A stretch of DNA of 64,000 nt from Octopus vulgaris (lineage: Eukaryota), in assembly GCA_951406725.2 (NCBI GenBank), contig OX597818.1:79174001-79238000 (forward strand), given 5' to 3'. A program made the position numbers and the translations under genes. The notes under the pieces were generated by a model. That model did no database searches, was not told the DNA's origin, and saw nothing but the letters and a program-made list of their open reading frames with translations. How positions within the stretch are numbered: position 1 is the first letter of the stretch; every line of letters begins with the position of its first letter. Below, one piece after another: positions 13,186 to 26,697 of the stretch.

Positions 13186-14157
13186 ATATAATAAACCTTA
13201 CAACATCGTTAAATATAAAGATCCGATGACAGTCAAAACAAATCTTCGGTTGACTTTTGTAATTTGTTTTTATTTCTGCACGATTATGCCTCTACAATTT
13301 ATTTACAGTGATATGAGTGTGTGTGTGTGATGTGTGTGAATCTTTGATTATGCATCAGTATATAAACATGTAAATTCGTGAGACTATTTCCATATACGTA
13401 TACATACATATACATATACATATATATATATGTATATATAATCACACATACACACACACATATATATATATATACATGTACATGCACATATATGTTTATG
13501 TTCCTATGCGTGTATTGAGTTGACGGAAATAACAAAATGAAATACGCATGATCAATTATTTACCAGGGACCGTACTTAGTGTGATTAACATTATTTTAAC
13601 CATATTATACATCGCTGTGAACATTCTATTCTAACAGGATAACAATCATGGCTAACTTACCAGGGAGCTACCATAGTATACAAGTTACTCTATGCATTGG
13701 ATTATTGGTCTTAACAGACTGTAAGTATAAGAAACTTTACAATTTCAGTTAACTTTTAAATTACGTTATTTAAACTTTAAGTTATTTTCGTTGTCTGAAT
13801 TTCTAATTGTTATTAAATTCCCATAAGGGATTAAAGGGAAGAAGTATGCAAAGTATCTTAGATCTGTCTATATAATACTGAGTTAATTGATTTAGGCAGG
13901 CAACTAAATTTTGGGTGCTACAAAATTGTTGTTGTATTCGCTGACCTTTCTGTATTACTGGTATTTATGTTGTAGGCAAATGAATTATTAGAAGAGATTT
14001 TCAAGTGCTTTTTTTTTAAATCTGTAATGTAGTTGAATTCTATGTACGCGCGCTCTTGTTTCTGGGTGTGTGCGTGTACGTGTATAAAGGATATTTATCT
14101 CTTATTGGATGGAGTATATTTTTGTTGATCCTGCTAATAGCGGCACAGTCCAACACA

Positions 14158-14244
<87 letters not shown>

Positions 14245-14246
14245 AC

Positions 14247-14307
<61 letters not shown>

Positions 14308-14506
14308 GTGACAACAAAAGAATGAGACCTCGATATTAGGTAAACAGAGGAATATTTATATACGTATGGTTTCGGACAACCGGTAAGTTGTCATAATAGT
14401 ACTAATACAATTGTTTGTTTGTATTCCACCTGCCTTCGTCTTTTGTTTATTTCCGTAAACCTGCCTTCGTCTTTTGTCTATTTTCATAAAGCTTCCCGTT
14501 ATATAA

Positions 14507-14594
<88 letters not shown>

Positions 14595-14649
14595 GTAATA
14601 TATATATATATTATATATATATGTAACATATATATATATTATATATATG

Positions 14650-14680
<31 letters not shown>

Positions 14681-14781
14681 ACACATATACATATATATTA
14701 TATATATATGTAATATATATATATGTAACATATATAAAAATTTAATATATATATATATATATATATATATGTAATATATAC

Positions 14782-14989
14782 TCTTTTACTTGTTTCAATC
14801 ATTTGACTGGGGCCATGCTGGAGCACCGCCATTAGTCGAGCAAATCGACCCCGGGACTTATTCTTTGTAAGCCCAGTACTTATTCTATCGGTCTCTTTTT
14901 GCCGAACCGCTAAGTGACGGGGACGAAAACACACCAGCATCGGTTATCAAGCAATGCTAGGTGGACAAACACAGACACACAAACACACG

Positions 14990-15025
<36 letters not shown>

Positions 15026-15140
15026 CGACAGGCTTCCTTCAGTTTCCGTCTACCAAAACCACTCACAAGGCATTGGTCGGCCCGGGGCTATAGCAGAAGA
15101 CACTTGCCCAAGATGCCACGCAGTGGGACTGAACCCGGAA
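14782..15140 (-). mobile_element. SINE family A (5'-truncated) with internal (TA)n/(CA)n
   Basis: tcttttacttgtttcaatcatttgactggggccatgctggagcaccgcc ... gaagacacttgcccaagatgccacgcagtgggactgaacccggaacc. Confidence 0.85.
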
Positions 15141-15218
15141 CCATATATATATATATGTAATATATGTATATATATATATATATATATATGTACCTATGTT
15201 TGTATGTGTGCGTATATA

Positions 15219-15301
<83 letters not shown>

Positions 15302-15469
15302 GCTCACATGGCGGAGATGCATACGTAAGCCTCCCCCCTTTAATTTCTTTTCCAGAATCCCATGTTTTAGGCTACAGAGATTCCGATTCTGAAAAAAAAA
15401 TTTTCAAAAATCGGAGCCACAAAGTTTCCATCCACCCCATCCCACCTCTCCATTTCTTCATTTTTCCCA

Positions 15470-15569
15470 GATGTCAAGTGATGTTGGAGGGACAAACACA
15501 GACACACTTTCATACATACATACATACATACATACATACATACATACATACATACATACATACATACAT

Positions 15570-15659
<90 letters not shown>

Positions 15660-15826
15660 GTATATACGATGGGCTTCTTTCAGTTTCCGTCTACCAAATC
15701 CACTCACAAGTCTTTGGTCAGCTCAAGGCTATAGTAGAAGACACCTACCGAAGGTGCCACGCAGTGGGACTGAACCCGAAACCATGTGGTTGGTAAATAA
15801 GCTACTTATCACACAGCCACTCATGC
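15470..15826 (-). mobile_element. SINE family A, 5' half
   Basis: ttcagtttccgtctaccaaatccactcacaag ... gtgccacgcagtgggactgaacccgaaaccatgtggttgg ... cacacagccac. Confidence 0.85.
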
Positions 15827-16149
15827 TCCTATTATATTATATATACATGCATACACAAACACTCACACACACACTCACACACGCACACACACACACACAT
15901 ACGAATGAGTAAGCAAGCGAAAGAAAGCAGCATTCAACATGTTTGCTAAGAATTGCATTATTAAAAACAGTTTGATTCGTCTGCTACGTGCGTACGAAAG
16001 TGTTATTAAACATATACATATATATCTATGTGTTTGTGTGTGTGTGTTTGTCATGTGGATGCATGAATGCATATATGTATGTATGTATAAATCTTTCTAT
16101 ATTTCTGTGTTTGCGCGCGCGCGTATTCACTCGGTTTTACAGTATAGGT

Positions 16150-17270
16150 GAATTACAATTTGATTTCCAAAAGTTTTGAGACTTTTTAGGAGTGACATTT
16201 ATTGATCTGAAAAAGTATAAAACTCTAATTTTCTCTAATAAAACTCTAAATAACATCTTCTTACTTTAATGCACTCGTTCCACCACTCCATCCACTTCAT
16301 GGAAGTCCTTCGAATGAAAAGTGTCCAGGATCCTTGTCACAGCTTCATTCATCTTCTGAACGTCTTGAAAACGACAGTCGGTGAGGTTGTCCTTCAGCTA
16401 GCAGTATAATCGAAAGTTACAGGGAGGAAGCCCTGGACAGTAGGGAAAGGGAGGGACAGTTTTGATACCCAACTCTCTCACATATTTTGTTACCATGTTG
16501 GAATTGTGAACTGGTGCATTGTCCTGGTGCAGGCATACCGACCCGAATGGACGTACTCTGGCCTGTGCGAGAAATCTCTGAATTCCTTCAAAATCTCCAC
16601 AAAGTACTCTTTGTTGACCGTCTGGCCAGAGGTTGATCCAGTGGATGTAGATGATGCCCTTGTTGCCGAAAAAGGGGGCCATCATGAGCTTCCAAGTGGA
16701 CTTGCCTTGCTCGGACTTCTTGGGTCTGGAGGAGCAGTGATGCTTCCATTGGGTACTTCTCTTGGTTTCTGAATCATAACATTACACCCATCTTTCGCCA
16801 CAGCTTCCCAGAGATTAAAGTATTCTTGGACTGGAGGTAATGAACTCAACCACCTCCCTGCTGTCAACAACGCACTTTTCTTTCTGTCTGTCCTTGAGAA
16901 CCCTGAGAACAAACTTTAAACAAATTTTGCGCATGTTCAGATCTTCGTGAATAATTCTGTGTACAGTTGGCACACTGTATGCTTATTGTTTTTATCGACA
17001 CACGACGTTCGTCATCCAGAAAAGTGCACATTTTCTCAGCCATTTCTGATGCGCTGACTCTTTCACCCTCCTACATTTCTCATCGTCTCTCACCTCCTCT
17101 CTACCATTCTTGATCCTCTTCTGCATGGGGGAAATAGATACTTAGCTCGTACAAGATATTCCAAAAGCAATCTGGGACATTTCATAACTTTCTGGAGCGT
17201 CTTTATCCAGTTTAGCACAAAATAGAGAGCTTCTAAGTAGTCTTTACGTCGTGACAGCATCCTGTAAACT
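16150..17270 (-). mobile_element. second mariner remnant (different subfamily from 5636-6917), degraded
   Basis: Minus-strand peptides MMAPFFGNKGIIYIHW, LHQDNAPVHNS and PPFPYCPGLPPCNF (decayed HPPYSPDLAPCDF). Confidence 0.8.
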
Positions 17271-17297
17271 AGTCAGCTGTGATCAACAGTGTTTTAG

Positions 17298-18020
17298 TAT
17301 TCTTTTACTTGTTTCACTCATAATTTACTGTGGCCATGTTGGAGCACCACCTTTTTGGTCGAAGTGATCGACCCCAGGGCTTAGTCTTTGTAAGTTTGGT
17401 AGTTATTCAATAGGTTTGTTTTGCCGAGCCGCTAGGTTACGGGGACCTAAACACACCAACATCGGTTGTCAAGCAATGGTCGGGGAACAAACACAGATAT
17501 AGCCTCGGACCGACCAAAGCCTTGTGAGTGGATTTGATAGACGGAAACTGAAAGAAGCCCGTCGTATATATGTATATATATATACATATATATATATATA
17601 TGGGTGTGTGTGTGTGTGTGTATGTGTGTGTGTGTGTGTGTGTATTTGTGTGTCTGTGTTTGTCCAACATCACTTGACAACCGATGCTGGTGTGTTTACG
17701 TCCCCGTAACATAGCGGTTCGGAAAAAGAGACCGATAGAGTAAGTACTAGGCTTACAAAGAATAAGTCCTGGTGCCGATTTGCACGACTAAAGGCGGTGC
17801 TCTAGCATGGCCACAGTCAAGTGACTTAAACAAGTAAAGAATAAAAAGAGTAATATATATATATATATATATATGACGGTCTTCTTTTAGTTTCCGTCTA
17901 CCAAATCCACTCACAAGGCTTTGGTCGGTCCGAGGCTATAGTAGAAAACATTTTCCCAAGGTGCCACCCGGAACAATGAGGTTGCGAAACAAGCTTCTTA
18001 CCACGCAGCCACGACTGTGC
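17298..18020. mobile_element. cluster of three SINE family A pieces in alternating orientation
   Basis: Minus-strand tail 17298-17497, plus-strand 5'-truncated copy 17498-17850, minus-strand head 17875-18020. Confidence 0.8.
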
Positions 18021-18364
18021 CAAGTAGTGTATGTTCAAAGTTTTGTTATGGCTTTCTCCTTCAATTTGGAATAAAACGTTTGCAGATCACCTTATTACAT
18101 AACTTTTAATGATATACTAATATTGCAGTAATCTAGGTCAGTTATACCTGTCTCTCCTAAAACAGGAATTCATGCTGTAGTATGCTACAACGTTAGTATC
18201 GCATTAAATATTATATGTTTACAAAATTGGGTGGTTGAAGAGAAAATAAAATCTGGTAAAATTCTAAACATTAAGTTTTAACATTTGACACCGCCAGACA
18301 TTTAGTAATTACTTTTCCGATTGCACCAACCTTTGTAATATTTATATTTTATTGACAGAACAAT

Positions 18365-18692
18365 ATGCTTAGCGACATTTCTTCCGGCTCTTTTCATTCT
18401 GAGTTCAAATCCACTGGGGTCGAGTTATACTCTCATCCTTTCTAGGTCGATAAAATAAGTACCAGTTGAGCACTGGTTTCGATGTAATCGACTAAAAACG
18501 TTGTGCTAAAATTTGAAACAGTAGGCGCAGGCGTGGCAGTGTGCTTAGAAAAATTTCCCCAACGACATGGTTCCGGGTTCAGTCCCACTGCGTGTGCGTG
18601 GCACCTTGAGCAAGTGTCATCTACTATAGCCTCGGGCCAACCAAAGCCCTGTGAATGAATTTGGTAGACGGAAACTAAAGAAGCTTGTCGTA
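18365..18692 (+). mobile_element. SINE family B fragment followed by SINE family A head
   Basis: ttctgagttcaaatcc...tcgataaaataagtaccag (B), then ggcgcaggcgtggcagtgtg...gggttcagtcccactgcg...gtagacggaaactaaagaagc (A). Confidence 0.75.
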
Positions 18693-18699
18693 TGTATAT

Positions 18700-18995
18700 A
18701 TATTATATAAAATGCGTTCTGTCTGTGTGTATGTCTTCTAGGATCTCGGGCATCTCCATCCGATTGCGCTCAAATTTGATGTGAAGATATCGACGATATC
18801 AGGGCGTGTATTAGTCTTGAAAAAATTGCAAAAATCGACTCCAGGTGAGAATGCGATCGATAAAGCATTCTTTGGAATAGAAAAAAGTTTATCTTTATTT
18901 CTTCTTTTGCTGGTGTCTCAAATTTAGCTTTGAGAAAATTTGATTTAAATGTTTGACAACTCAGCACCGTCCATTGGATGGGGGACGTTTTGCTC

Positions 18996-18997
<2 letters not shown>
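18700..18997 (+). mobile_element. non-autonomous Helitron/DINE-like element
   Basis: Starts tattatataaaatgcg-gtctgtgtgtatgtc...ccgattgcgctcaaattt and ends with a hairpin ccgtccattggatgg shortly before gctcgT (CTRR-like end). Confidence 0.45.
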
Positions 18998-19086
<89 letters not shown>

Positions 19087-19095
19087 TATATATAC

Positions 19096-19126
<31 letters not shown>

Positions 19127-19449
19127 TGTATGTATGTATGTATGTATGTGTGAGTGTAGTGTGTGTGTGTGTGTGAATGTGTGCGCGCGCGATTTGTGTG
19201 TGCTTGTGTTTGTTGTGTGGGTTCAAAGACCACCAGAGTCGTTTTTTCGTTCAATTGCAGCAGTATAAATAGAAGAATCATCAGTATCATAATACTGAGA
19301 ATATTCGTAGGAGAACTTTAGTGAATCTAATATAATGCATACTTCTTCTACTGCCTATGCAACCTGCTAATTTATTATTGATGGAGTGTGATAGTTTATA
19401 GTGATGTAAAATAATAAGAAATGAAAGAGCAGGTTCACCGAGTACTAGA

Positions 19450-20960
19450 TACCCGTCATTAATCGAGAATATCGATTTTTTGTCAGAAACTTAGAAGGAT
19501 GGATGTGTAAGTTGTAGCGAGCTGAGTCTTGAGAATACCGATCTATCGTCAGAAAGCTCGATGGTTCGTGCCATGCTACTGTGATTCTTTCGTTTTCAAG
19601 ATAAAAGCGCAGAACTCTCACTGACTCGGTCCACCAAGTTACACCTTAAAGCTGCAATCAGCAAAAAGACAGTTGTAAACATTGTCTAAATCCTTTATTT
19701 AAAACTATTTAGAACTGTTATTCTCTTCTCATACTTGTATTTGTGACCTACACATTCATAATGCCTTTCTTGCCCATAAATACAATCTTTAAATTGCTAC
19801 CAGCCCATGATAACATAATATCTCAGCTGACATTTAATATACTTCAGAGCAAAGTCATCTCTACGAATCTCACAAGATCTCTAGAATTTCAAGAAGAGAT
19901 GTCAGACAACTGTAAATCTTAGGACCGTCCTTCTTGTTTGGAAAGTTTTACCTGATACTCAAGTGAAACTATTACATGGGTGATTGGAAATTCATCTAGA
20001 TATATCTCGCTTGAACCGGTAAACTATAAGCGGTTCCAACATAACTGTACCACTGTTATAGAGACACATTACTGTTTGCACTGCTTAGTGGATATCATCA
20101 TCAACCATTGGAAAACATCGTCCGTTATTGAAACCCAAGATGAACACCCGGAGGAGAAAGGTTTTTTTCTGTATCGCAAGTGGCTCCCTGGTAATGCCTG
20201 CAAATTTACTCACTGCTCAGTCTCTGTTCAAATTCTATTAAAACATCTTTGCCATGGTAATTTCGGCTTGAAAAGCTCCTACAAGCATTTTTCAACCCAA
20301 GATCCTTGGATAAATGACCCTATTGCAGACAATGTTGCATTTAATGAAGTCTTCACACCTTCATCAGTTTCTACACAAAACACACACCTGTAATTACGCA
20401 CGCGTCCATACATATTAGCATGTTCGTGTGTGTATGTGCGCGCGCGCATGTATATGTATGTGTGTGTATATAGGAGATCGCGCAAAACACATACATATAT
20501 ACAAACACACGCATAGCCACCAAAATACCTGCTTCAATGTTCCCGTCCAATATCTCAAAGATAATAAAATTGTAACAAACGACCGCTCCTTTCCTACCAC
20601 TGTCTGACAAAGGGATCATCTATCTCTACCATTTCTAAATCTGTGTCTAATTCTACAGCAGATTCTTTACTTTGGCAACTTCAGTCCATACCGCTGTTCA
20701 GTCCATACATCAGCCATGTTCTTGATCGAATCCGGCTCAACAACTTTCTGTCTTGCAACGCTATTCTCGTACATGTTTCACTCCTCTGTATCTTGGAACA
20801 ACCTTTTCCTGTTAAATGGCCCTATTTTAGTGTGTTTCAGTGGAACCTTCTCTTAACCACATTCCTTTAATTCATATCTGTCTTAATTTTTAACACTCTT
20901 CTTTACATGCATTATACCGCTTGTCAGCCCTGTTTAGCCTCCCACTTACAGGCTTCTGGT
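19450..20960 (-). mobile_element. highly degraded LINE-derived sequence (CR1/L2-like RT plus RTE-like 3' fragment)
   Basis: Non-microsatellite stretch with faint RT-like peptide pieces on the minus strand; no intact motif. Confidence 0.35.
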
Positions 20961-21674
20961 AGACGCATCAGCTAGTGGAGTATGTACTATTTCTAGAAAA
21001 GTATAAGAACCAAACGATGTAATCTTTCATACTTCTACTACGCATTGATTAAAATAAATATGTAGATTAAACAAACATGCAACGCCGCAACCTTATTGAC
21101 CCTGGACAAACATACATCTTCAAAGTTTTCAAGAGATTTGCTATCTCGCAGCCTGTCACAAATTTTAAAAACAACACGCGTTTATAATATATCCAGCTCT
21201 GCATCACCAAAAGTGATTATTCACATCTAAAATAAACATTATTTCAGACAAGCGGATCTGGAAATGGTGTTGTAACTTATAGGCAAATCTTTTTCTGATT
21301 CTATAACAAATATCATACCAATTACATCCAATGTCTTTTCTCTGTTACTTCTAACACCCCAGATACAATGGTTTTGGCATCTATGTACCCACCAACTGTG
21401 CACTGTTCAGTTCAGTTTGATGTTTTGATACTGACGAATTTCAGAGACTGTAAAAAAAGGGATTTGTTTTAAATAAGTAACTGGAACCGCCTCAAAATTT
21501 TGGTTCATCGTTATCAGACGTCTTACTGTAATGCACACATCATACTTAGCTGTTGTACAAGGAGATAATTTTGTAGAAAGTACCATGCTAAAAAGCAAGC
21601 AAGAAACACCCATTAGTTGACAGACTTCATCATAGTTTCATTCGTCTTAACATGACTTAATATGCTTAAATACC

Positions 21675-21904
21675 TATTTCTTTATTACCCACAACGGGCT
21701 AAACACAGAGGGGACAAACAAGGACAGACATAGGTATTAAGTCGATTACATTGACCCCAGTGCGTAACTTGTACTTAATTTATCGACCTCGAAAGGATGA
21801 AAGACAAAGTCGACCTCGGCGGAATTTGAACTCACAACGTAGCGCAGACGAAATACCGCTAAGCATTTCGCCCGGCGTGCTAACGTTTCTGCCAGCTCGC
21901 CGCC
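21675..21904 (-). mobile_element. full-length SINE family B with 17-bp TSD
   Basis: Head GGCGGCGAGCTGGCAGAAACGTTAG (A box) and GAGTTCAAATTCC (B box). TSD taatatgcttaaatacc at 21658-21674 and 21905-21921. Confidence 0.92.
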
Positions 21905-22688
21905 TAATATGCTTAAATACCAATTCATGGTCTCTCTATGCTATAAGCATGTACATTGTAAGTAAGCATTCAGTTAGTTCATATCTTGGTTCATCAAAGC
22001 ACACTTTTCCTAGAGATATTAGCCTACAGAAATCCTGGCTGGGCATCCGTACCAATCTTACCAGATGAGTTGGGACAGGAATGAGACTGTAGCGTACATG
22101 GTTTTGTTTCCCCACTCTTCACTAATCAATCAAATCACTATTTGAACGCATCTCACATCACGTATGCTATCCATGCTATTTCTATGGGAATAGCCAGGAC
22201 AGCATACGTAAATGCTATTCTCATGAGAATAGCACTCGTTTCCTATCTTTCCTAAAATATCAAAACCGTTCCGACAACTGAAGCACACATGCCTGTATAG
22301 TTAAGCTCACTTTAGAATCATTTAGTTTATGGTTCAGTCCCAATAGAATAAATACTAAACATTTAAATATAAGTAAGGAGGTCGTTCTTTTCGAGTAAAA
22401 CCGTCAAAGCGGTGCCCCAACATGGTCACAGTCTAATGAGAGAAACAAGTAAAAGATTAGAGGAAAGATAAAAGAATATCTGGTACATCTACCTAAAAGG
22501 TAAACAAATGCTCTGACTACAAAAACATTGTACCCAGAAATAAAATTCAACTTGTACCGATTTGAATATATAACGTCTGAACATACTGTCTTGAAATTCA
22601 GATTGCCCGTATCTCAAACATCCAAGATGCCGCAGTTTGAAACTAATACTCCAACTTTAATATCAAATGCTAAGCCAAAACAAGAGAG

Positions 22689-22985
22689 TGGAGGCACATG
22701 ACTTAGTGGTTAGAGCAGCGGACTCACGGTTGAGGGATCGCGGGTTCGAATCTCAGAGCGGGCGATGTGTGTGTTTATGAGTGAAACACCTAAGCTCCAC
22801 GCGGCTCCGGCAGAAGGTAATGGCGAACATCTGCTGACTCTTTCACCACTACTTCCTCTCACTCTATCCTCTTGCAGCTCACCTGCGACGGACCGGCGTC
22901 CCGTCCAGGTGGGGAACCTATATGCCAAGGAAACCGGGAAACCGGCCCTATGTGCCAGGCATGGCTTGAGAAGGAACAAACAGCA
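22689..22985 (+). mobile_element. tRNA-derived SINE with family-C head and family-D (MetaSINE-like) tail
   Basis: Head ggaggcacatgacttagtggttagagcagcggactc...gggttcgaatctc; tail cctgcgacggaccggcgtcccgtccagg...gaaaccgggaaaccggccc. Confidence 0.8.
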
Positions 22986-23419
22986 AAACAAAAGAGGCGA
23001 CAACCAAATCTTTATCAAATCACATACGACCACCTTTAAGAATTACATTCTAAATAATACAGTTGTATACATACTGAAATATTGATCATAATTCTTCTCA
23101 ATCAGGATTAACCTGAAGCTAAACAACATCAATAACACCAACAAGAAATAGAAACACTATAGTAGGTTTTCTTATTTCGCACTCACATTTCGCAAGTCAC
23201 ATATTTCTTTCCCTCCTTTTCAAATATGCCACTAAATAATTCCACCTGTAGAATTCCCATCAAATCCTACTCTAACAGTCGAATGTATACTTAATGCCGT
23301 TATTCCTTATAGACATCACCACCCAATTGAGTCTCGGTTCCAACAGTAATAACGGTAAACCTTTTCACAACGAACATTAATTTCGTCATTTGGGAAATAT
23401 TTCCGCTGATACAAAAACA

Positions 23420-23461
23420 CCTTTCTTTCTTTCTTTCCTTCCGTCTTTCCTTCCTTCCTTC

Positions 23462-23528
<67 letters not shown>

Positions 23529-23702
23529 TCCTCCTTCTTTCTTTCCCTCCTTCTTTCTTTCTTCCTTTCTTTTCTTTCTTCTTCTCTCTTTTTCTTTCTT
23601 CTTCTTCTTCTTCTTCTTCTTCTTCTTCCTCCTCCTTCTCTTCATGCTCCTCCTTCTCCTCCTCCTCCTTCTTCTTCTTCTTCTTCTTCTTCTTCTTCTT
23701 CT
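23420..23702. repeat. (CTTT)n/(CTT)n polypyrimidine microsatellite
   Basis: Directly visible. Confidence 0.95.
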
Positions 23703-24329
23703 ATTAACCAAACCGTCTTTCTCTGATCTTCAACCAATCTAGCAATATTATGGCATTATATTACGCTCTCAGTTACTTTACCCACGCAAACTCATCAACG
23801 ACTCTCTCCTCCTTAATGTCATCTCTCATGAATTTATTATTATCATTATTGTTATTTTTATTATTCATGATTTGAGAAAAAGTATACATCAAGAGTTTCG
23901 ATTCTTCAAAACGAATTATACGTGTTGGAATCCATGCAGGTTGTGTGATGTGTGCAAATTTATGTTTTGTTTCTGTATCTTCTATTACATTAAAAGTATT
24001 TTTGTAATATATATATGCCCTCTTAGAAGAGTAGTGTTCTGAATATTGTGTATATATGTATGAAATAGGTTCAAATTGTGTAGTTTCAGCATATTCCTAT
24101 CACCACCACAACGGTGGTAGTGGTAGTAGAAGGAATTTACATTGAGCACAAGAGCAAGGCCAACAGTAAAAATAAAGACTCATTAATAATAGAGAATAAA
24201 AATAATAATAAACTGCTACAAATATCATAAACCGTAAATGAAAATAAGAAAAGGATGCTAGACTTTGGATCAACCACGTATGGCGATTTGACACACCTCA
24301 TATACAATCCTGGATTAATCTGATTTACA

Positions 24330-25230
24330 ATAGGCAAGAGCTCACTCGCAGTTTTTTCCGCCAGTCTACGGCTACACAGTTATTGTAGGCCCACGAACAT
24401 AAACCAATTTCGATACACTCATCTATTGTTCATAATATTTTCTGGAGGATAGTACTTCCTTTTCCGTTCTCATCTTCCCCCTCAAATTGTAACCAATGAA
24501 GGTGTCGAGAAATTGTCTTGAGAAGAAAAGCGCTGTCTTCTAATTTTTTCAGCCACGATTAACATACCAGGTCCTTCACTATTGCCATCATACAGAGGAA
24601 GATTGTTGTCTCTTTCTTATCAAAAGCAGACAGTGATCTGGCCCTCGTGCTGGATTCAGATTGCCGGATCTGTCGTGGACTCGATGACATTTGCCGACAT
24701 AAACCTACTTATCAATAATATATACTCACCAATAGAACGTTTGCTGCTGAATTCGTTATATAGTGTATATCTCCACCTGGATGTTTGTTCAAGCTCCCAT
24801 ACTGTCTTCACCCTAGATTTTAATTAGGACGGGTAACGCTCCCCAATAGTACTTCCAGACCAAAAGCATTTGAAAGCTATCCATAATCTCCGACCTGAAA
24901 GTCTTCTACGAGAGATTATTCAAACTGTCGTTAGTGAGGTTCAAGATCATTCCCATGCTTTCATCTTCCATAAATATTCTATAGAATGCAAGAGTTAATA
25001 GTTTGCTGACCAAAGGGTTAAGCTGAACGAGAGCAGCAAGCGTTCTACAACATTACAGATACGAAAGATCCAGTTGCAATCTGTATGAGTGAAGTGTCGA
25101 GCTGCAGGTGTGTCGTACGAGTAGCAATCACGCTTGTTCTTTGTGGTAGTAATTCAGGAAATTTTGCAGATGTATGATTTTGAACATTTACCTGTGCATC
25201 ATCAACCATGGCATCTCAGATCACATAATG

Positions 25231-25308
<78 letters not shown>

Positions 25309-26230
25309 GTAATAATAACATTAAGAAGTAGAAGGAGAATTTAGGGATTCTTTTATCGATTCTTCTTATTTCAATTGTCTTCAGTCTTTTTAATCCTCCG
25401 CTCATTTTTGTTTCTGTTTTAGCCTTACAATGTGATAACTTATGAATTCCTGCTCGGCTCTTGAAATAGTGGAAGAAGCAATCGCTTTTTTCTGATTTGT
25501 GCGTGTTGCTGTTCTAGGAACAGCTGTCTTTGTAGCTTACTTTTGTTGTTTCAGTATGTTTCCTTTCAGCATCTCGCGCTCTCCTGGAAATGGAAGCCCT
25601 TAAATGACCTTTACTACCACAAGTGTAACAGATACATTTTGCACCTTAAAAGAGCTGTAATAGCGTCTTTCTCTCCTCACTCAGAAGATCAAAGACAGGA
25701 TTTAACAAAGCACAATTGCTGTATGATAGTGCAAGTTTATGAAAACTCATCCGGCCGCAGATTATCATAATTGACGACTACTTTGACCATCTGTCCATTA
25801 TGTGCAATCAACCTTGTTACAAGCCAAAGGTCAGTGTCATTACAGATTCTTTTGAAGTGACTTTCGAACTTAGTTCTCCTACATAATGTGGGATTGGTCT
25901 ATAAGCAAGCATGTTATACACTAAACTTGTCTCTTTGTCCTGTCTCCAGTTGTATAAACAATGCAAACAGTACATATGTGTCCATCCTCACGCGGTGTTG
26001 GACGTCTCACTCATTGTTACTTGTAGGGGGCAAGAAAAGACCGCGTGACTTTAGCAACGCAAAGGTATATTACTTTCCCTCACCTCTTTCACAGCTTCAA
26101 CTTGATACGCATTTTCGTAGAATAATGATGCCGTGTCTCCAAATATCGCGTATCCAAATTTCATTTGCTTCAACTTATGTTTGCAAAAGAAGAGAGTGAC
26201 CTTCCACAGAAATTGCTCTCATGGAAATAA
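24330..26230 (-). mobile_element. degraded APE-RT LINE (RTE-like), interrupted by (AAT)n at ~25230-25320
   Basis: Long non-simple stretch whose minus-strand translation has decayed endonuclease-, RT- and C-terminal-like segments with many stops. Confidence 0.45.
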
Positions 26231-26275
26231 TTTTATTGCAACAGCATTCATTAAAAAATACAGGCTCAAGCAATT

Positions 26276-26697
26276 GTTTCTTATTTCCTTAGTGCTCACA
26301 AAGAGCTACACAAAGAGGGGACAAACAAGGACTGACAAACGGGTTAAGACAATTATATCGACCCAGTGCGTAACTGGTACTTATTTAATCGACCCCGAAA
26401 GGATGAAAGGCAAAGTCGACCTCAGCGGAATTTGAACTTAGAACGTAGCGGCAGACACAATACCTATTTCTTTACTACCCACAAGGGGCTAAACACTGAG
26501 GGGACAAACAAGGACAGACAAACGGATTAAGTCTATTACATCGACCCCAGTGCGTAACTGGTACTTATTTAATCGATCCCGAAAAGATGAAAGCCAAAGT
26601 CGACCTCGGCGGAATTTGAACTCAGAACGTAATGGCAGACGAAATATCGCTAAGCATTTCGCCCGGTGTGCTGACGTTTCTGCCAGCTCGCCGCCTT
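26276..26697 (-). mobile_element. SINE family B 1.5-mer (full copy plus headless copy) within one TSD
   Basis: Full unit 26697-26460 runs into a second unit starting at GGTATT. Flanked by caggctcaagcaatt at 26261-26275 and 26698-26712. Confidence 0.9.
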
